Shown: one piece after another, positions 1-13,042 of the stretch
Layout: each line of letters begins with the position of its first letter
Position numbering within the stretch: position 1 is the stretch's first letter
Assembly: GCA_951406725.2 (NCBI GenBank)
Contig: OX597819.1
Span: 5,394,001-5,458,000, forward strand
Source: Octopus vulgaris
Lineage: Eukaryota
Length of the DNA: 64,000 nucleotides
Reading direction: 5' to 3'
Program-made: the position numbers and the translations under genes
The notes under the pieces: model-generated
Told to the model about the DNA's origin: nothing
Database searches by the model: none
The model's input: only the letters and a program-made list of their open reading frames with translations

Positions 1-225
1 GCAGCCAAACTATTCCTACAGGCTTTAAATAACTTTAGGAAGAATACCATATAATAACTCTAGATTCACTCACGTCTGAATAAAAGATACGATGGTCAAT
101 GCCGGAATGCTTCTGCTGGTTAGGTGTGCAAAAATCAAAGCTGAATGACGAGAAAATGTTTTTATAGCCGCGTTTTGTTACCATTTGTGTAACACTACTT
201 TTATATGTTTCCTATTTGGAATTAA

Positions 226-612
226 GTGGAGGCGCAATGGCCCAGTGGTTAGGGCAGCGGACTCGCGGTCATAGGATCGCGGTTTCGATTCCCAGACCGG
301 GCGTTGTGAGTGTTTATTGAGCGAAAACACCTAAAGCTCCACGAGGCTCCGGCAGGGAATGGTGGTGATCCCTGCTGTACTCTTTCACCATAACTTTCTC
401 TCACTCTTACTTCCTGTTTCTGTTGTACCTGTATTTCAAAGGGCCGGCCTTGTCACTCTCTGTGTCACGCTGAATATCCCCGAGAACTACGTTAAGGGTA
501 CACGTGTCTGTGGAGTGCTCAGCCACTTACACGTTAATTTCACGAGCAGGCTGTTCCGTTGATTCGGATCAACCGGAACCCTCGTCGTCGTAACGACGGA
601 GTGCTTCCACCC
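226..612 (+). mobile_element. tRNA-derived SINE (family A), full length
   Basis: Pol III A-box (tggcccagtgg) and B-box-like (ggtttcgattcc) head. 12 bp TSD atttggaattaa at 214-225 and 613-624. Near-identical copies at 5576-5905(-), 61837-62220(-) and 63960-64000(-). Confidence 0.9.
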
Positions 613-1868
613 ATTTGGAATTAAATAATAAATATATTTCACTTTTGAAGTAGGAATATATATTGATAAACACGTTACTTATAACTTACTTATAAGTGTT
701 ATCATTATACATAAATCCTGATTCCAGCTACATAAACGTCATAGCGAGAAATATATTCTCTGAAAAGCTAACGGACATTTTATGCGTGCATATATGTTGA
801 AGATAAATAAATTCGTGTTCTTTTAACCGCTATAAAAAAAATACACAATTTCATAATTGCAGAAATAAATTTCTTTAACAAGTTGAAGAATATGAAGAAA
901 GAGAAAATAATTACTACACTAGTTTATGTACATTTAGCATTTATAGTACAATTGAAAGTAAAGTTACTTTGTCGTAGAGAATTACGACTTAAAAGTCACA
1001 CTAGCTAATCTTTCTTACTAACTACTAGAGTTCACAACAATTCAAATAAGTCTTGTTGGATAGACAAGGCATAAAAAATAGCCAATATCTCAAGGAGAGA
1101 TGGTCGTGGAGTTTAGTAACATTCTACAATCAGAGTTTTTATAACTGCTCATATCCGAATTCTAAGAACCGTATTTCGTGAAAGATTTCTTTGACGAAAG
1201 TTTAGAATTCGTATCTGGGCAGTACTTTTAACCAATGGGTTTACCAACAGTTATGCATATTCGGGCAGACGACCATTACGTCAGATTGCCGCCTTTTAAG
1301 ACTTGCTACAATGTAAATACAGACAGCTTTTATGTTCAGATTTACAAATTATTTTAGCTACGTACTTTTGTGTAGGTTATGTCTTGAAAACTTAAGAACT
1401 ATTGAAACTGGCGATTTTATTTAAATGAAACAGTGCAATTATTCGAGGCTGAGAAATCTTTAATTGCAATTAAATTTTCTCCCCATTCAAATTGTTGCGA
1501 ATTTAAGAGAAAAACTTTTTAAGAATGAAAAAAAATAAAACTGAATGTTAAAAATTAGAGAAAAAAATTTTTGGTCATTTCGATAGGTTAATTTGGAGTT
1601 ATCCCCCTTGAATTACTCTTGCTAACCTATGTTTCAAAGAGAAATCGTGTGGAACGGAATTTATTCCACAAAAGAATGACGAATCCTGGTTGAATGGATT
1701 TGTGGACACAGTATTGTGTTGTAAAAAGTGTTATACTGCAGAATTATTTAATCCACATTATGAAAATCGATAAAAAAAATTAAGAATAAAACTGCTTTTG
1801 TATCACTTTTATGTTATATGTATATTCAATCAAGTCCTGTGTTGATAAAATTACGTTTTTATTTACAG

Positions 1869-2083
1869 GTTGTGTTTTAAACAATCAGTTGTACATATCC
1901 GGCGGGCATGATGGGACAGATTTGTTAAATGATGTTGTCAGCTACGATCCACTTGTGAAAGATTGGAAAAGAAGGGAGTCCATGATACAAAGGCGTTCCT
2001 GCCATGCCATGGCGTCTGTCAATGGATATATCTATGCTGTTGGAGGGTGTACTATGCAACAAGGCTTAATACAAGACATCAAA
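1869..2083 (+). CDS. Kelch-repeat protein (KLHL-like), penultimate coding exon
   Basis: ttttatttacag acceptor and aaa|gtaagt donor. Translation GCVLNNQLYISGGHDG..VVSYDP..DW..MIQRRSCHAMASVNGYIYAVGG has the Kelch GG..Y..W signature. The phase-0 end joins the exon at 6356. Confidence 0.9.
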
Positions 2084-2208
2084 GTAAGTCAACATCTTTT
2101 TTAGTGTCTTATGTGTTTACTTGTTGAAGAGTATTTATGTATGTTTATAAAACACTTATAAGACACACAATATTGCATTTTAGTTATTGAATAAATAATA
2201 ATATTCAT

Positions 2209-2514
2209 TTGCAGCGTGGGAGGTGTTTGTAAGCCATTTAAGAAACACACAAAAGCCGTTCAATTCACATTTAAGTTTAATTTGTCAAAATATTTTCGTC
2301 GCTAAAATCCGTGACCTGTTCACTGACAAAAATCCGTAACAGATCACGGATTTTAGCGACGAAAATATTTTGACAAATTAAACTTAAATGTTGGAGTGAA
2401 TCGAACGGCTTTTGTGTGTTTCTTAAATGGCTTATAAACACCTCCCACGCTGCAATTGTTTTCGTTCCAGCACACGATCTCAGATCAGGTCACTTGCTAT
2501 GCGAGTACATCTCC
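2209..2514. mobile_element. Penelope-like (PLE) inverted terminal fragment with hammerhead-like motif
   Basis: Inverted arms 2209-2320 / 2338-2455. 12 bp TSD aataatattcat (2197-2208, 2515-2526). Degenerate minimal hammerhead fold on - strand. Confidence 0.55.
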
Positions 2515-2764
2515 AATAATATTCATAGAATATCAGAATCGTAGGACTGTGAAAGCAAAGGCTTGAGTTCAAATTGTATGAAAGTGTGGCCCCTCTATTA
2601 TATAGGAATCACACAATAATCAGTGTTTGGCTTTTAACCATTTAGCATTTAAACTAGCCATATCCAACCAAATATTCTACCTGTTTTATTGGTCAGATCT
2701 AAACCCTCACACCTATACTATTGGTCATTCTAAAAATAAACAATCACATCATCAGAATCTCAAA

Positions 2765-3200
2765 GTCCGCTTTCCATGCTAGCATGGGTTGGACGGTTCA
2801 ACTGGGGTCTGTGAAGCCAGAAGGCTGCATCAGGCTCCAGTCTTATCTGGCAATGTTTCTACAGCTGGATGTCCTTCCTAACGCCAACCACTCCGAGAGT
2901 GTAGTGGGTGCTTTTGACGTGCCACCCGCAGCTGGCCACGGACGTATGGTGCTTTTTACGTGCCACCAGCACGGGGGTCAGGCGAGGCTGGCAACAGCCA
3001 TGAACGGATGGTGCTTTTTACATGCCACCGGCACGGAGGCCAGTCGGGGCGGCGCTGGCAACGGACACGATCGGATGGTTCGCTTACTTGTCACCGGCAC
3101 TGGTATCACAGCTGCAATTTCCATTGATGTTGATCGACTTCAATTTTGGTTCTGCTTTCTGATATCTGATTTGATTTGGTTTGATTTTGATTTTGATTTT
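2765..3200 (-). mobile_element. RTE LINE 3' UTR fragment
   Basis: Reverse complement of the 3' UTR of the RTE copy at 18104-19430 (gttggcgttaggaagg..catgctagcatggaaagcggac). Confidence 0.85.
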
Positions 3201-3812
3201 CACAGAAACAATTATGTAAAATTAGTTTAGAAGTAGTACAGCCTTGAGGAAGGTTTTCATCCTGAGACAAGAACAAGAATCTAAGAATATTTAGTTTCTT
3301 GTAATAAATAGAATTGTGTATTTCTATCTTGATGTACCTTCACACTGCCCCTCTGCATACAAGTCGACATAGTAAGTGTAAACATTTGGACATTATCACT
3401 ATCTTTCCGAATCCTTCTGAGTTTCATATGGAATTTTTGGTCCTACAAAGTTGACTTGATGTATAAGTCAATCTATCTATTTTTTCGTCTGTAAATTTTG
3501 GTCTGAAAAATCCAACCTGTATGCTGGAGAATACAGTATGCTTATTTCTCCTGTAAATCATATCACCTGTAGTTTGCTGGTTTTGTCCATTTCAGTATGT
3601 GAGAATGAGTGGAATAAAAATAACTTACTTGTAATGCAGGCATGGCATGCTGCCCTAATAAGTCTCAACTAACCCTTGTTAGCATTGAAAAATTGGGTAT
3701 AAAAACAATGGTGATGAAGAAATGACTCAGAACTGGGACACATGTTTTCCAGCCAGGAAAAATAGTCATTAAAAATATATGATATCTTAAACTCATTCAA
3801 TATATATCATTA

Positions 3813-4206
3813 CTAGCAGTATCGCCCGGCGTTGCTCGGGTTTGTAAGGGAAATAACTATATAAGCATTTTTAGAGATGTAAAGTATAATAGCCATCTCA
3901 ATATGGCTAACCACAAAGGGGTGTTACTGTAGCTTTTTACGTTCTGAGATTTAATAATAAATTTTTAGAGAGTAACTTCCCTTATATATGCCAAAAATGC
4001 ATTAAAATGGAAAAAAAATGATGGTAATTTTTTTTTTTTAATCGTAGACTCATCGTAGACGCGCGCTAATACCCAGAAGGGCTCGATATGAATCACGACT
4101 ATAAGATACCCGCTTTTGGTTACACTGCACCGCAAAATGTGGGAGTAGTTAGGAATCTAAATCATAGGAGACAGATAGCACACAACCTCACTTTTATATA
4201 TAAAGA
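3813..4206 (-). mobile_element. Non-autonomous Helitron (subfamily A)
   Basis: On -: A|TC...cccgagcaacgccggg hairpin...CTAG|T, no TSD. Five copies in the window. Confidence 0.85.
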
Positions 4207-4269
4207 TTAGTAAAATGGACAAAAACAAATAGTCTGGGTTGAGAGGTGCTGTGTCTGACTGGACTATTC

Positions 4270-4690
4270 ACATAAAGATTACAATGTGCAACATAATTTT
4301 TGTCCTTGGGTAGCAGCTGTCATTTCCTATTTACTTACTCCTAGAAAGTATGAAAAATGGCTAATATTGCCTTCAAACATTTTTGTTCAAACCCCAAAGA
4401 TTCCCTCTCTGCACATGGCTATGATGCTCCCTAACCACTCCTGCTCATGATCAGAGATGCATATATTGTCAACTATCAAGGGACATGCTCACTGACAAGC
4501 AAATCTGTGATATTGAGCTTTCAGCATCTCAGCACTGAACCTTTCTGAAATGTAATGCAAAATAGGTCAGTTTCGAAAGATGGATGTCCAGGTGACAAAA
4601 GCAAAGTTTGAAGGGAATAGTAGTAATTTCCTTTGATTTCTAGATAGAAGCAATTAGGAAATAACAACTTACTGACCAAAGACAGACAAA
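4270..4690 (+). repeat. Unclassified dispersed repeat
   Basis: Colinear similarity to 31115-31560 and partly to 11400-11701 (gatcagagatgcacatattgtcagccactaagggacatgctc). Confidence 0.6.
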
Positions 4691-4934
4691 AAAAAAAAAA
4701 AATGTTATACAATGTTATCAGTTAAAATCCTATTGTAAGTTTTGCCTCTTGTCTTTTAACATTGTACCTTTGTTTATCTGTTTCAGTTAATTTAGCTTGG
4801 AATTAAGTATCAGATTATTGTCTTCATCAACTGAAATATTACAATACTTACTTTACTATTACAATATAATCTATTTCTTTTTCCATTGCTGCATTGGTTA
4901 TATGATGACTTTGTCAGAAATTTATCTGTATTAG

Positions 4935-5312
4935 CTTCTGGGCATGGATTCACTGAAGCTCCGGCGTCTGGCGATGGACTTGGTAAACACCCACAAAGTT
5001 ATCAACCACCTCACCAACAACAACACTGAACACCTTTTTGATCTTCATGTGTCTAACACACGTGGACATGCCTACAAAGTCAGAAAACAACACAGCTCCC
5101 ATGACTTTCGGAAACATTTTTTCACGCTCAGAGTTGCTGAAGCATGGAACAAACTGCCTGCGTCAGTTGTTGACTGCCATGACACTGCATCCTTTAAGGC
5201 CCTCATGCTTTCCGAAATCCGCCGAAACTACACCTGATTATACATACACTTTAGATGAGTTGTAGTGCACCTGAGCACTGTACACAATGTTTTTATTATT
5301 ATTATTATTATT
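4935..5312 (+). mobile_element. CR1/L2-clade LINE 3' end (5'-truncated)
   Basis: SLKLRRLAMDL..TRGH..FFTLRVAEAWNKLP is a typical CR1 ORF2 C-terminus. (TTA)n tail. Confidence 0.85.
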
Positions 5313-5575
5313 AATATTAAAACAAGTTATTATTGGATCAAATCATTTAAGATTATACTCTTTTCACTTCATCTGTCATAGCATACACTCGTAAAGATGT
5401 CAGCTCATAAAGGCCCATGAGGCGAAAAATCTAATCCTCTATTCTCCTTCAACCCACACAGACTTACAGGAAACCCAGCAAAACACAACACCACCATCTT
5501 ACATCTGAAATCATTATTTATTTCATTTGATATAGACCAATACACAACACTACAAGCCAAAGTAGCTACAATATC

Positions 5576-5905
5576 TGGAAGCACTCCGTCGGTTACGACG
5601 ATGAGGGTTCCGGTTGATCCGAATCAACGGAACAGCCTGCTCGTGAAATTAACGTGTAAGTGGCTGAGCACTCCACAGACACGTGTACCCTTAACGCAGT
5701 TCTCGGGGATATTCAGCGTGACACAGAGAGTGACAAGGCCGGCCCTTTGAAATACAGGTACAACAGAAACAGGAAGTAAGAGTGAGAGAAAGTTGTGGTG
5801 AAAGAGTACAGCAGGGATCACCACCATCCCCTGCCGGAGCCTCGTGGAGCTTTTTAGGTGTTTTCGCTCAATAAACACTCACAACGCCCGGTCTGGAAAT
5901 CGAAA
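5576..5905 (-). mobile_element. SINE family A, 5'-truncated
   Basis: Reverse complement of 283-608. Confidence 0.9.
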
Positions 5906-6355
5906 TGCTACAGTATCATTGACAACTGAAATCGAAAGTCTTGGTTAGCAACCATCCTGAATACACGACTGCCATAAGAACTTATGATTATATACAGAGG
6001 AAATAGTAAAATGGTTGATCTCTGCTTTCTATGCCACTTGCTCTACCACTGCATGATGGAAGGTATTGTATTATTTGGGCTGCAAGAATTGTAGATTGTT
6101 TTTACCATCGACTGTGCCATAATTCTGTTCTTGCAGAGTTAACCAGAGAACACAATGACTAAAACAGCTGTAAATTGCTGGTCAAAATATTTGATATTAA
6201 TATTTGAAGTCGAAAGCCAACAATATCCATGTGAACAAGTGTTATTTGTATTGAACATAAATTTTATTTGATCTTGATCTGAGTTATGAATATATTTGAT
6301 GAATTAAACTGGTATCCCACTTCTTTAAAATCCTTTTTCTTTTTTTCTTTTTTAG

Positions 6356-6631
6356 GATTGTGAGAAATATGATCCTGTAACTGACCAGTGGACACGCTTG
6401 ACCAATGAAACTCAACAGACACCAATGTCCTGTATATATCCTATTATTCGACACAATAAAATCTATTGTATAGGTGGCTACAAATTTACTAACAATCAGT
6501 ATGTTGATATGGTTTCAGTTTTTGACCCAGCAGACCAATCTTGGAAACACGTTCAACTTATCTCTGATCTTTTCACTCATTATCATCAATGCTGCTCAAT
6601 CATCCTTGATCCCAGTTTTTTTGTCAGTTGA
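6356..6631 (+). CDS. Kelch-repeat protein, terminal coding exon
   Basis: Long polypyrimidine tract + tag acceptor. DCEKYDPVTDQW..IYCIGGY..VSVFDPADQSW..FFVS* continues in frame from IQDIK. TGA at 6629-6631. Candidate AATAAA at 7187 and 8623. Confidence 0.9.
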   Translation, partial: DCEKYDPVTDQWTRLTNETQQTPMSCIYPIIRHNKIYCIGGYKFTNNQYVDMVSVFDPADQSWKHVQLISDLFTHYHQCCSIILDPSFFVS

Positions 6632-8079
6632 GAACGTTACGTTTCACTACTCTGTTGTTCACCTTACATGGATCAAGCTTTGATTATTATGATCATACCT
6701 GACTTATCAAATCTTGAGAGTTATCTACTGGCCACACCCTGCTAGTCAAACTTTGATAATCATTTGAGGATAGCTATATCATACTGAATGTTTTTAGTTA
6801 TCTGATAACAATATTAATTTGAGAGTTATCTGGTTATCATAGCATGTTCAGTGAATGTTCATAATTATCAAAATAGCTGCACTTTGTTGGTAGTTATTTG
6901 ATGACTATGGTAATAGAACACACTTGATTGGTCATTATCAAATGACCACATTGGACTGATTTATATATCAGATGATCCTGTATTCATTCTCTTCTTTTCT
7001 TCTAAAAAGAAAAAGAAAAAAGATAATCCAAAGGTTGTTCAGTATTGTTGGTTGTTGAAAGAAAGAAACTAAGGCTTCTGATGGGATTGCTTGAGTTGTG
7101 GTGGCTGTAAGCACATAAGGTTGTATTTTTGTAGACATTCTCTATGGATGCTGATAGTTAATCCTTCTCTCTACTTATGTAACAGAAATAAAGGGAAGTG
7201 AGAAGACATTTTTTAAATTACTAGTTAAATTGTAAGTCACAAATGTGACAACGGCAATAATTGTAGTAAACAATTATTTAACAGTTTGTGGAATGAGGAA
7301 TTAGTTTACTTGTTATATTCAACCATTTAGGATGTCTGAAACAGAGAGAAAAGGTATGCATGTCTGTAAGCTTGTGTATGTGTGTAAATATCTGAATTTA
7401 TGAATGACTTCTGTGCACAGTATGCAAGGGACCTTAATAAAATTTTGCTACTGTCACTGGCTGCAGTTAATTCCTTAACATTGCTCAGAATCTACCATCA
7501 AATTCATTCTCATTTTTTTTTATATCTCTTTCTAATATTTCCCACTGCACAAAAAGTTACGATCACAGGAGGTAGAGTATGTATATGTATGTATAACTGA
7601 CTGTGTATATACTCGTTTGTTTTGATATAGAACCTTTAATTGAAGAAGGTTTTACAATTATTGGTATTTTTCTCTTTCTACTGATATTGCTGCTAATTGT
7701 ATCTTTCTATCTTTGTTTCTTGCGTTTTTTCCTCTTCAATCTATTTTTGTTATTATTACCTCCGATGAAATATCTCTAAAACTATTACCACATAATAGAA
7801 CTCATCTCATTCCAGAATATCTATATTCAGAGCTATTTATTGCAAAGCATCTGCAATTAAAATTAGTGGGAGACACCTTTATTTTGTGAGAAATTATTAT
7901 TACCAGCTCAGTTTTAGAAACGACACGAGTCGAGTGTCTCTTTTTTCTTTTTTTTTTTTATCACATTGAGTTAATATTTGTATATACAACAACCCTGCCA
8001 TACTGACTGTATTGAAACTTGTTACTAGTTTTCTTTTTACATATTTATGATGACATACGCACACTCACATATATATATA

Positions 8080-8140
<61 letters not shown>

Positions 8141-9084
8141 CAGTTTCATACACTGACAGTGAAATGATATTTTTCTTGTAGCATTCATATACTATACATT
8201 TCTATTGTGTAGAGAATATAATTTATATCTTCAATACAATTTTGGTTCAAAACTACACATAAGAAAATGAATTAGTATGAATTACAAAAAAATGTTTAAA
8301 CTATTTATGGAAATGAAAATCCAAGATGAATTCAATGATTCAGTTATTATATTCTCTTAGCCTAAGTTTATATTTTTGTAAGTTGCACAACGTACGTATG
8401 TGTTTACGTTTTTTTTTGTTTTTTTAGATGTGTTTCCGTAAAAACGTTCATATCTTTATAATTGATTTTTTTCTGATTTTTTCCCTTATATTTTAAATTA
8501 TTTTCTCGCCTTTATATTAAAGAAAAAAAAAGTTCCTTGAGTTAATAGTTATCTCCCTTCAATGCTTATTCATATTCTTTCGATTTGTTTCCCTTTCTAT
8601 ATTACTTTGCGTTGACATTTTTAATAAACCCAAAACGCCAATTAAGCATGTGTCGCAGTGTTTATTCTTTCCATTTTAATTTTTTTTAATATATTTCTGA
8701 AAACGAATTCTTGTACATTCATTGACGCTACGCATATTTTCCGCGTTGCATTTCTAATTTCATTAAAAAAAAAAAAGTAATTATGAAATTATATAATTAT
8801 TGTATTCCAGTACTGCAATATCTGGATACAATTCGCTATGTGTTATTAATCCATGAAAATAGTTTTACAAAAAATAAAAAAGGCAACAAAAAAACCTCAA
8901 TAAAAGCAAAAATATTGAACACACACACACACACAAGTATTTTTCAAAGTTTTGTGAAAAAGATTATTGATGAAGAAGATTCAGAGATAAAAGGAAGCAG
9001 AGACACCCCCTTTACCTCTGATTTTCAGTTGATAATAATTAAAACAAAAAGGCTTCAGTGTTTTCTACAATTTGCAATAAATTA

Positions 9085-10350
9085 CAAGGGGTGTTCATTA
9101 AGATTTACCCTGACCCACTTCCCAATGGCTGGGATAAATGAAGCATGGCATAATTATTAGTCCTTCTCTACAAGGCCCCCACAAATGGTGACACACTTCT
9201 CCCATCACTTTATGCAGCTGTGAAGACCTCCTCTGTGGAAGTTGGTAGGTTGCGACTGGAGCCAATACTTTACCCCAGAAATAAGTTCATCATCATCAAA
9301 AAAGTGCTTCCCTTTCAAAAAAGACTTCATGGTTGGAAAGAGGTGGAAGACAGATGGGTCAAGGTTGGGAGAGTAAGAAGAATGAGGAAGGATTTCATAG
9401 CTGCAGGAGTGTGCTTTCATCTGTTCCACCATGCACATTGTGAACTGGGACATTGTTTTGGAGGAAGCAGACTCCTTTGGTCAGCATGTCACACCTCTCT
9501 GCTTTGATGGCGTCCCACAATTTTTGCAGCAGTAAAGCATGATATGCCCTGTTAATTGTGGTGTCCTTTGCCAGAAAATCCATCATCACTACTTCGCACT
9601 GGTCCCAAATGACTGTAAACATCACCTTGCCTGCTGAGGGTTGAACATGAGCCTTCTTTTGAGGTGATGGGTTATTGTGCTTCCATTGTTTCGACTGGAC
9701 TTTTGTGTCAGGATCATAGTGATGGACCCATGTTTTATCTTGTGTGATAAGTCTGTTAAAAAATTTTCTTGGTACATTGCCAAAAGAGTCTAGCAGCAAT
9801 TGAATCATTCCTGCTGCTGAAAAGGTGTAACCATTCGGGGAATCCATCGTGTAGGCAACTTCTGCACATGCAAATTGTCATGAATGATTTTTACTATGGA
9901 CCCTACACTTATCTTCACTTCTTGGGCTAGTTGCCAAATAGTTATGCGGTGATCCTCTAAAATGGTAGCTTCCACTATGGATGGTGTCATCATCAATGTC
10001 GGAATGTGGTTCAGGAATAGGAACAGTTTCCACTGATATCTGGCCATATTTGAACTGGTGATGCCAGTGCTTGACTACATTGTATCACCATAAACTTCTT
10101 TCATCTCATCGATAGTCTCTTTTGGTGTATGGCCTTTCAAGTCTAAGAACCTAATCACTGATCTGCATTCAAATGCTTCCATTCTAACGCCTTAGTCCAT
10201 TTCAGCAGCCGTAAAAGACAAATGAATACAGGTGGAAAGCTACAATTTACAATGTGATGTGTAGAGACATTTATGATTATACCTATTCAAGTTCCATTTC
10301 CTGCATTAACCAGAAGTGGATCAGGAGAAATCTTTGATGAACACCCCTCA
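9085..10350 (-). mobile_element. Full-length decayed mariner (Tc1/mariner) transposon
   Basis: ~37 bp imperfect TIRs (caaggggtgttcattaagattt / aaatctttgatgaacacccctca) with TA at both ends. Frameshifted transposase fragments with WIPR, ITQDKTWVHHYDP and YSPNLDPSVFHLF motifs. Confidence 0.9.
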
Positions 10351-11399
10351 TAGCTTGATGTCTGGGTAAATGAAACTGCTTAAAAATGATTATTTTGTTA
10401 TGGTTTATGAAGAAGACAGAAATGATTTGTTTGATGTATTTTATCCATCCTTCCACAATGGATAGTGGAATCTCTCATTGAAAGATATGTGCTCTGAAGC
10501 TTGAAGATTTTCTCATTCATCTGCAATAGGTACCTGGCCTAAATCTGTTTGAATATGTCAACAGTCTAAGCTCTCATTCTCTCTCTTTCTCTTTTTTTTT
10601 AGGCCAGGTGATCTTCAGTCATTATTTTGTTGATTGCCTTCTTGATTGCTGTAGAAATGTCTCTCACACAAAATTTCATATCATTGTTACATTGAGTATT
10701 CTTATACTAAAATATCATCATCATCATCATCATCATTATTTTGATATCCACTTTTCCATGCTTGCATGGGTTGGACAGAATATTGTTGAGGGTGATTTTC
10801 TACTGCCAGATGCCCTTCCTGTTGCTAACCCTTACTTCATTACAAGTAAGATAATAACTATACATGTTTTCATGGAAGAATGGGAATGAAAGACACAACT
10901 GGCATGATGGTGACACTTGTTTACAATTATCGTAATGGTAAGGCAAGGTGACAGTAGCACCACCCTACACACACACACACACACACACTGTAAGACATAA
11001 GAGCACACTGTAAGAGAAAGAGCGAAAGTGAGGGAGACAGTAAATACATAAATCCAAAGAAAAGTTCATACATTGATACATAGACACAGCTAATGTTGGA
11101 TGTCAATTTCAATTTTCATTACCACACGAGGATAAAATTAACTTACAAATGGCTGAGTACTCTTCTCAGGGAGATTCAGCCTCACACAGAATATAACAAG
11201 GTCGGCCCTTTGAATTACAGCTACAACTTGTGACATATATATGTGTGTGTGTGTATAGTTTAGGTTAGTTAAAACATGTTTGCAATAATAAATGTCACGT
11301 ACTGGAAATAAATGCAATTTCCAAACTTTCATACATAAATCCATTTATTATTTCATTCTTTTGCATTTCAATTTATACATTATGGTTCTTTGAATATGT

Positions 11400-11701
11400 G
11401 TGATATATTTTAAGGTTAAATAGTAATTCCATGGTGATCTCATATCATGATAAACAAACAATGCATGACCTTTTTAGGTGGGGCCCAGTTAGAATTTTCT
11501 TCAGGTTGAGTAGCCCATCTTGCTCAAAAGGTCCCTGAATAAGGTTTGTTTAAGGATGTTGAAAAAAAACACTCGTTTCCAGAGGTGAATTATTCAAACC
11601 CCAAAGAATTCCTCTCAATACATGGCTATGATGCTCCCCAACTACTGCTTGTGATCAGACTTGCACCTAATGTCAGCCACTAAGGGACATGCTCAACTGG
11701 T
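11400..11701 (+). repeat. Unclassified dispersed repeat (5' part; its continuation is inverted at 12620-12766)
   Basis: Shares ccccaaaga..gatgctccc..cagccactaagggacatgctc with the copies at 4270-4690 and 31115-31560. Confidence 0.55.
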
Positions 11702-11789
11702 GTATGGAAAACACTCGGCGAGAAACGGAAGAAAATTTGAAGAAAGAAGGATAAAACATAATAATAATAATAATAATAATAATAATTGT

Positions 11790-12420
11790 GGGATATGAAA
11801 AGGGAAATGAGTATTGAACCACTGCTTTGTAAGATGTGTGACATCAAAACTGAAACAGCCCCACATATTGTAAGTTAGCATAGCAAATTGGCTCAAAAAG
11901 AAATACCAAAAAAAAAGGAGGCGTGATGACATAGCTGGGTATGTTCGTTGGAGATTGTATGAAAAATTAGTCTTGAAAGCATAAACCAGAGAGTGTCACT
12001 GAGAATAATGAGGGATTTTATAATCCAGTGTGATTCATACTGAGACTATACATTGGTGTAGTTACTAAAATGATGAAGGAAGCCAAAATTACAGATATTC
12101 CCATACCTGAGGATGTACAGGTGGATGATAAAGAACTGAAAAAAATTGAGAAGTATAAGTCACTACAAGATGAGATTGTATGAATGTGGGCAACAAAAAC
12201 AGTAACCATCATCCCAGCATTGGGATCATTAGCAACGGGTTTTGAAAATTTTGTTGGAGAAATTGGGATTGATACAAAGGTAGAACATGCTCAGAAAACT
12301 GCTTTATTGGAAAAGTGAGGAGTTAGAGACAGGTACTTGGATGTCAAGCATTGTGAAGGAAAACCCTTGACCCTTGACCCTCTTAGAGAATTAGCAAGAG
12401 ATCTGAGAAGTGAAATGCAT
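11790..12420 (+). mobile_element. Decayed R4/Dong-like non-LTR retrotransposon (RLE endonuclease region)
   Basis: Broken reading gives KLAQKEY..HKPESVTENN..AKITDIPIPED..DKELKKIEKYKSL..QKTALL, typical of RLE-type ORFs. Flanked by (TAA)n. Confidence 0.7.
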
Positions 12421-12439
12421 GATGATGATGATGATGATG

Positions 12440-12496
<57 letters not shown>

Positions 12497-12974
12497 TGAA
12501 CGAACTATTGAGTTTAGTTTAATGACTATGAGTTTCTTTGCCCTAGGAGTCGGGAAGACACTCGGCAAGAAATGGAAGCAAATTTGAAAGAACAAAAAAA
12601 AAGTAATAATAATAATAATAAATGCCCTGATGCAATGATTCTCATGGCTTCTGATCTTAATTGATTGGAAGTGTTATCATGTACATTGTTTTGTCTTGGT
12701 ATAAAAGATGGGCTACAGCAAATATTCTGCTGAATATCACAGATTTGTTTGTCAGTTGTTTGACCTTATGTTCGTTGGAGATTGTATGAAAAATTAGTCT
12801 TGAAAGGACGTTGAAATAGTACAAGCATAAACCAGAGAGTGTCACTGAGAATAATGAGGGATTTTATAATTGGCTCAAAAAGAAATACAAAAAAAAAATT
12901 TTTTCCAGTTCTTTATCATCCACCTGTACATCCTCAGGTATGGGAATATCTGTAGTAGTAGTAGTAGTAGTAAT

Positions 12975-13040
<66 letters not shown>

Positions 13041-13042
<2 letters not shown>

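Noticed and set aside
226-305. tRNA gene
   Set aside because: tRNA-like head lacks a full acceptor stem and is attached to a repeated SINE body with TSDs.
359-562. 67 aa ORF recurring at 5624-5878
   Set aside because: It recurs only because it lies inside SINE family A.
9205-10047. SETMAR-like gene
   Set aside because: No SET domain. Frameshifted mariner with TIRs and TA TSD.
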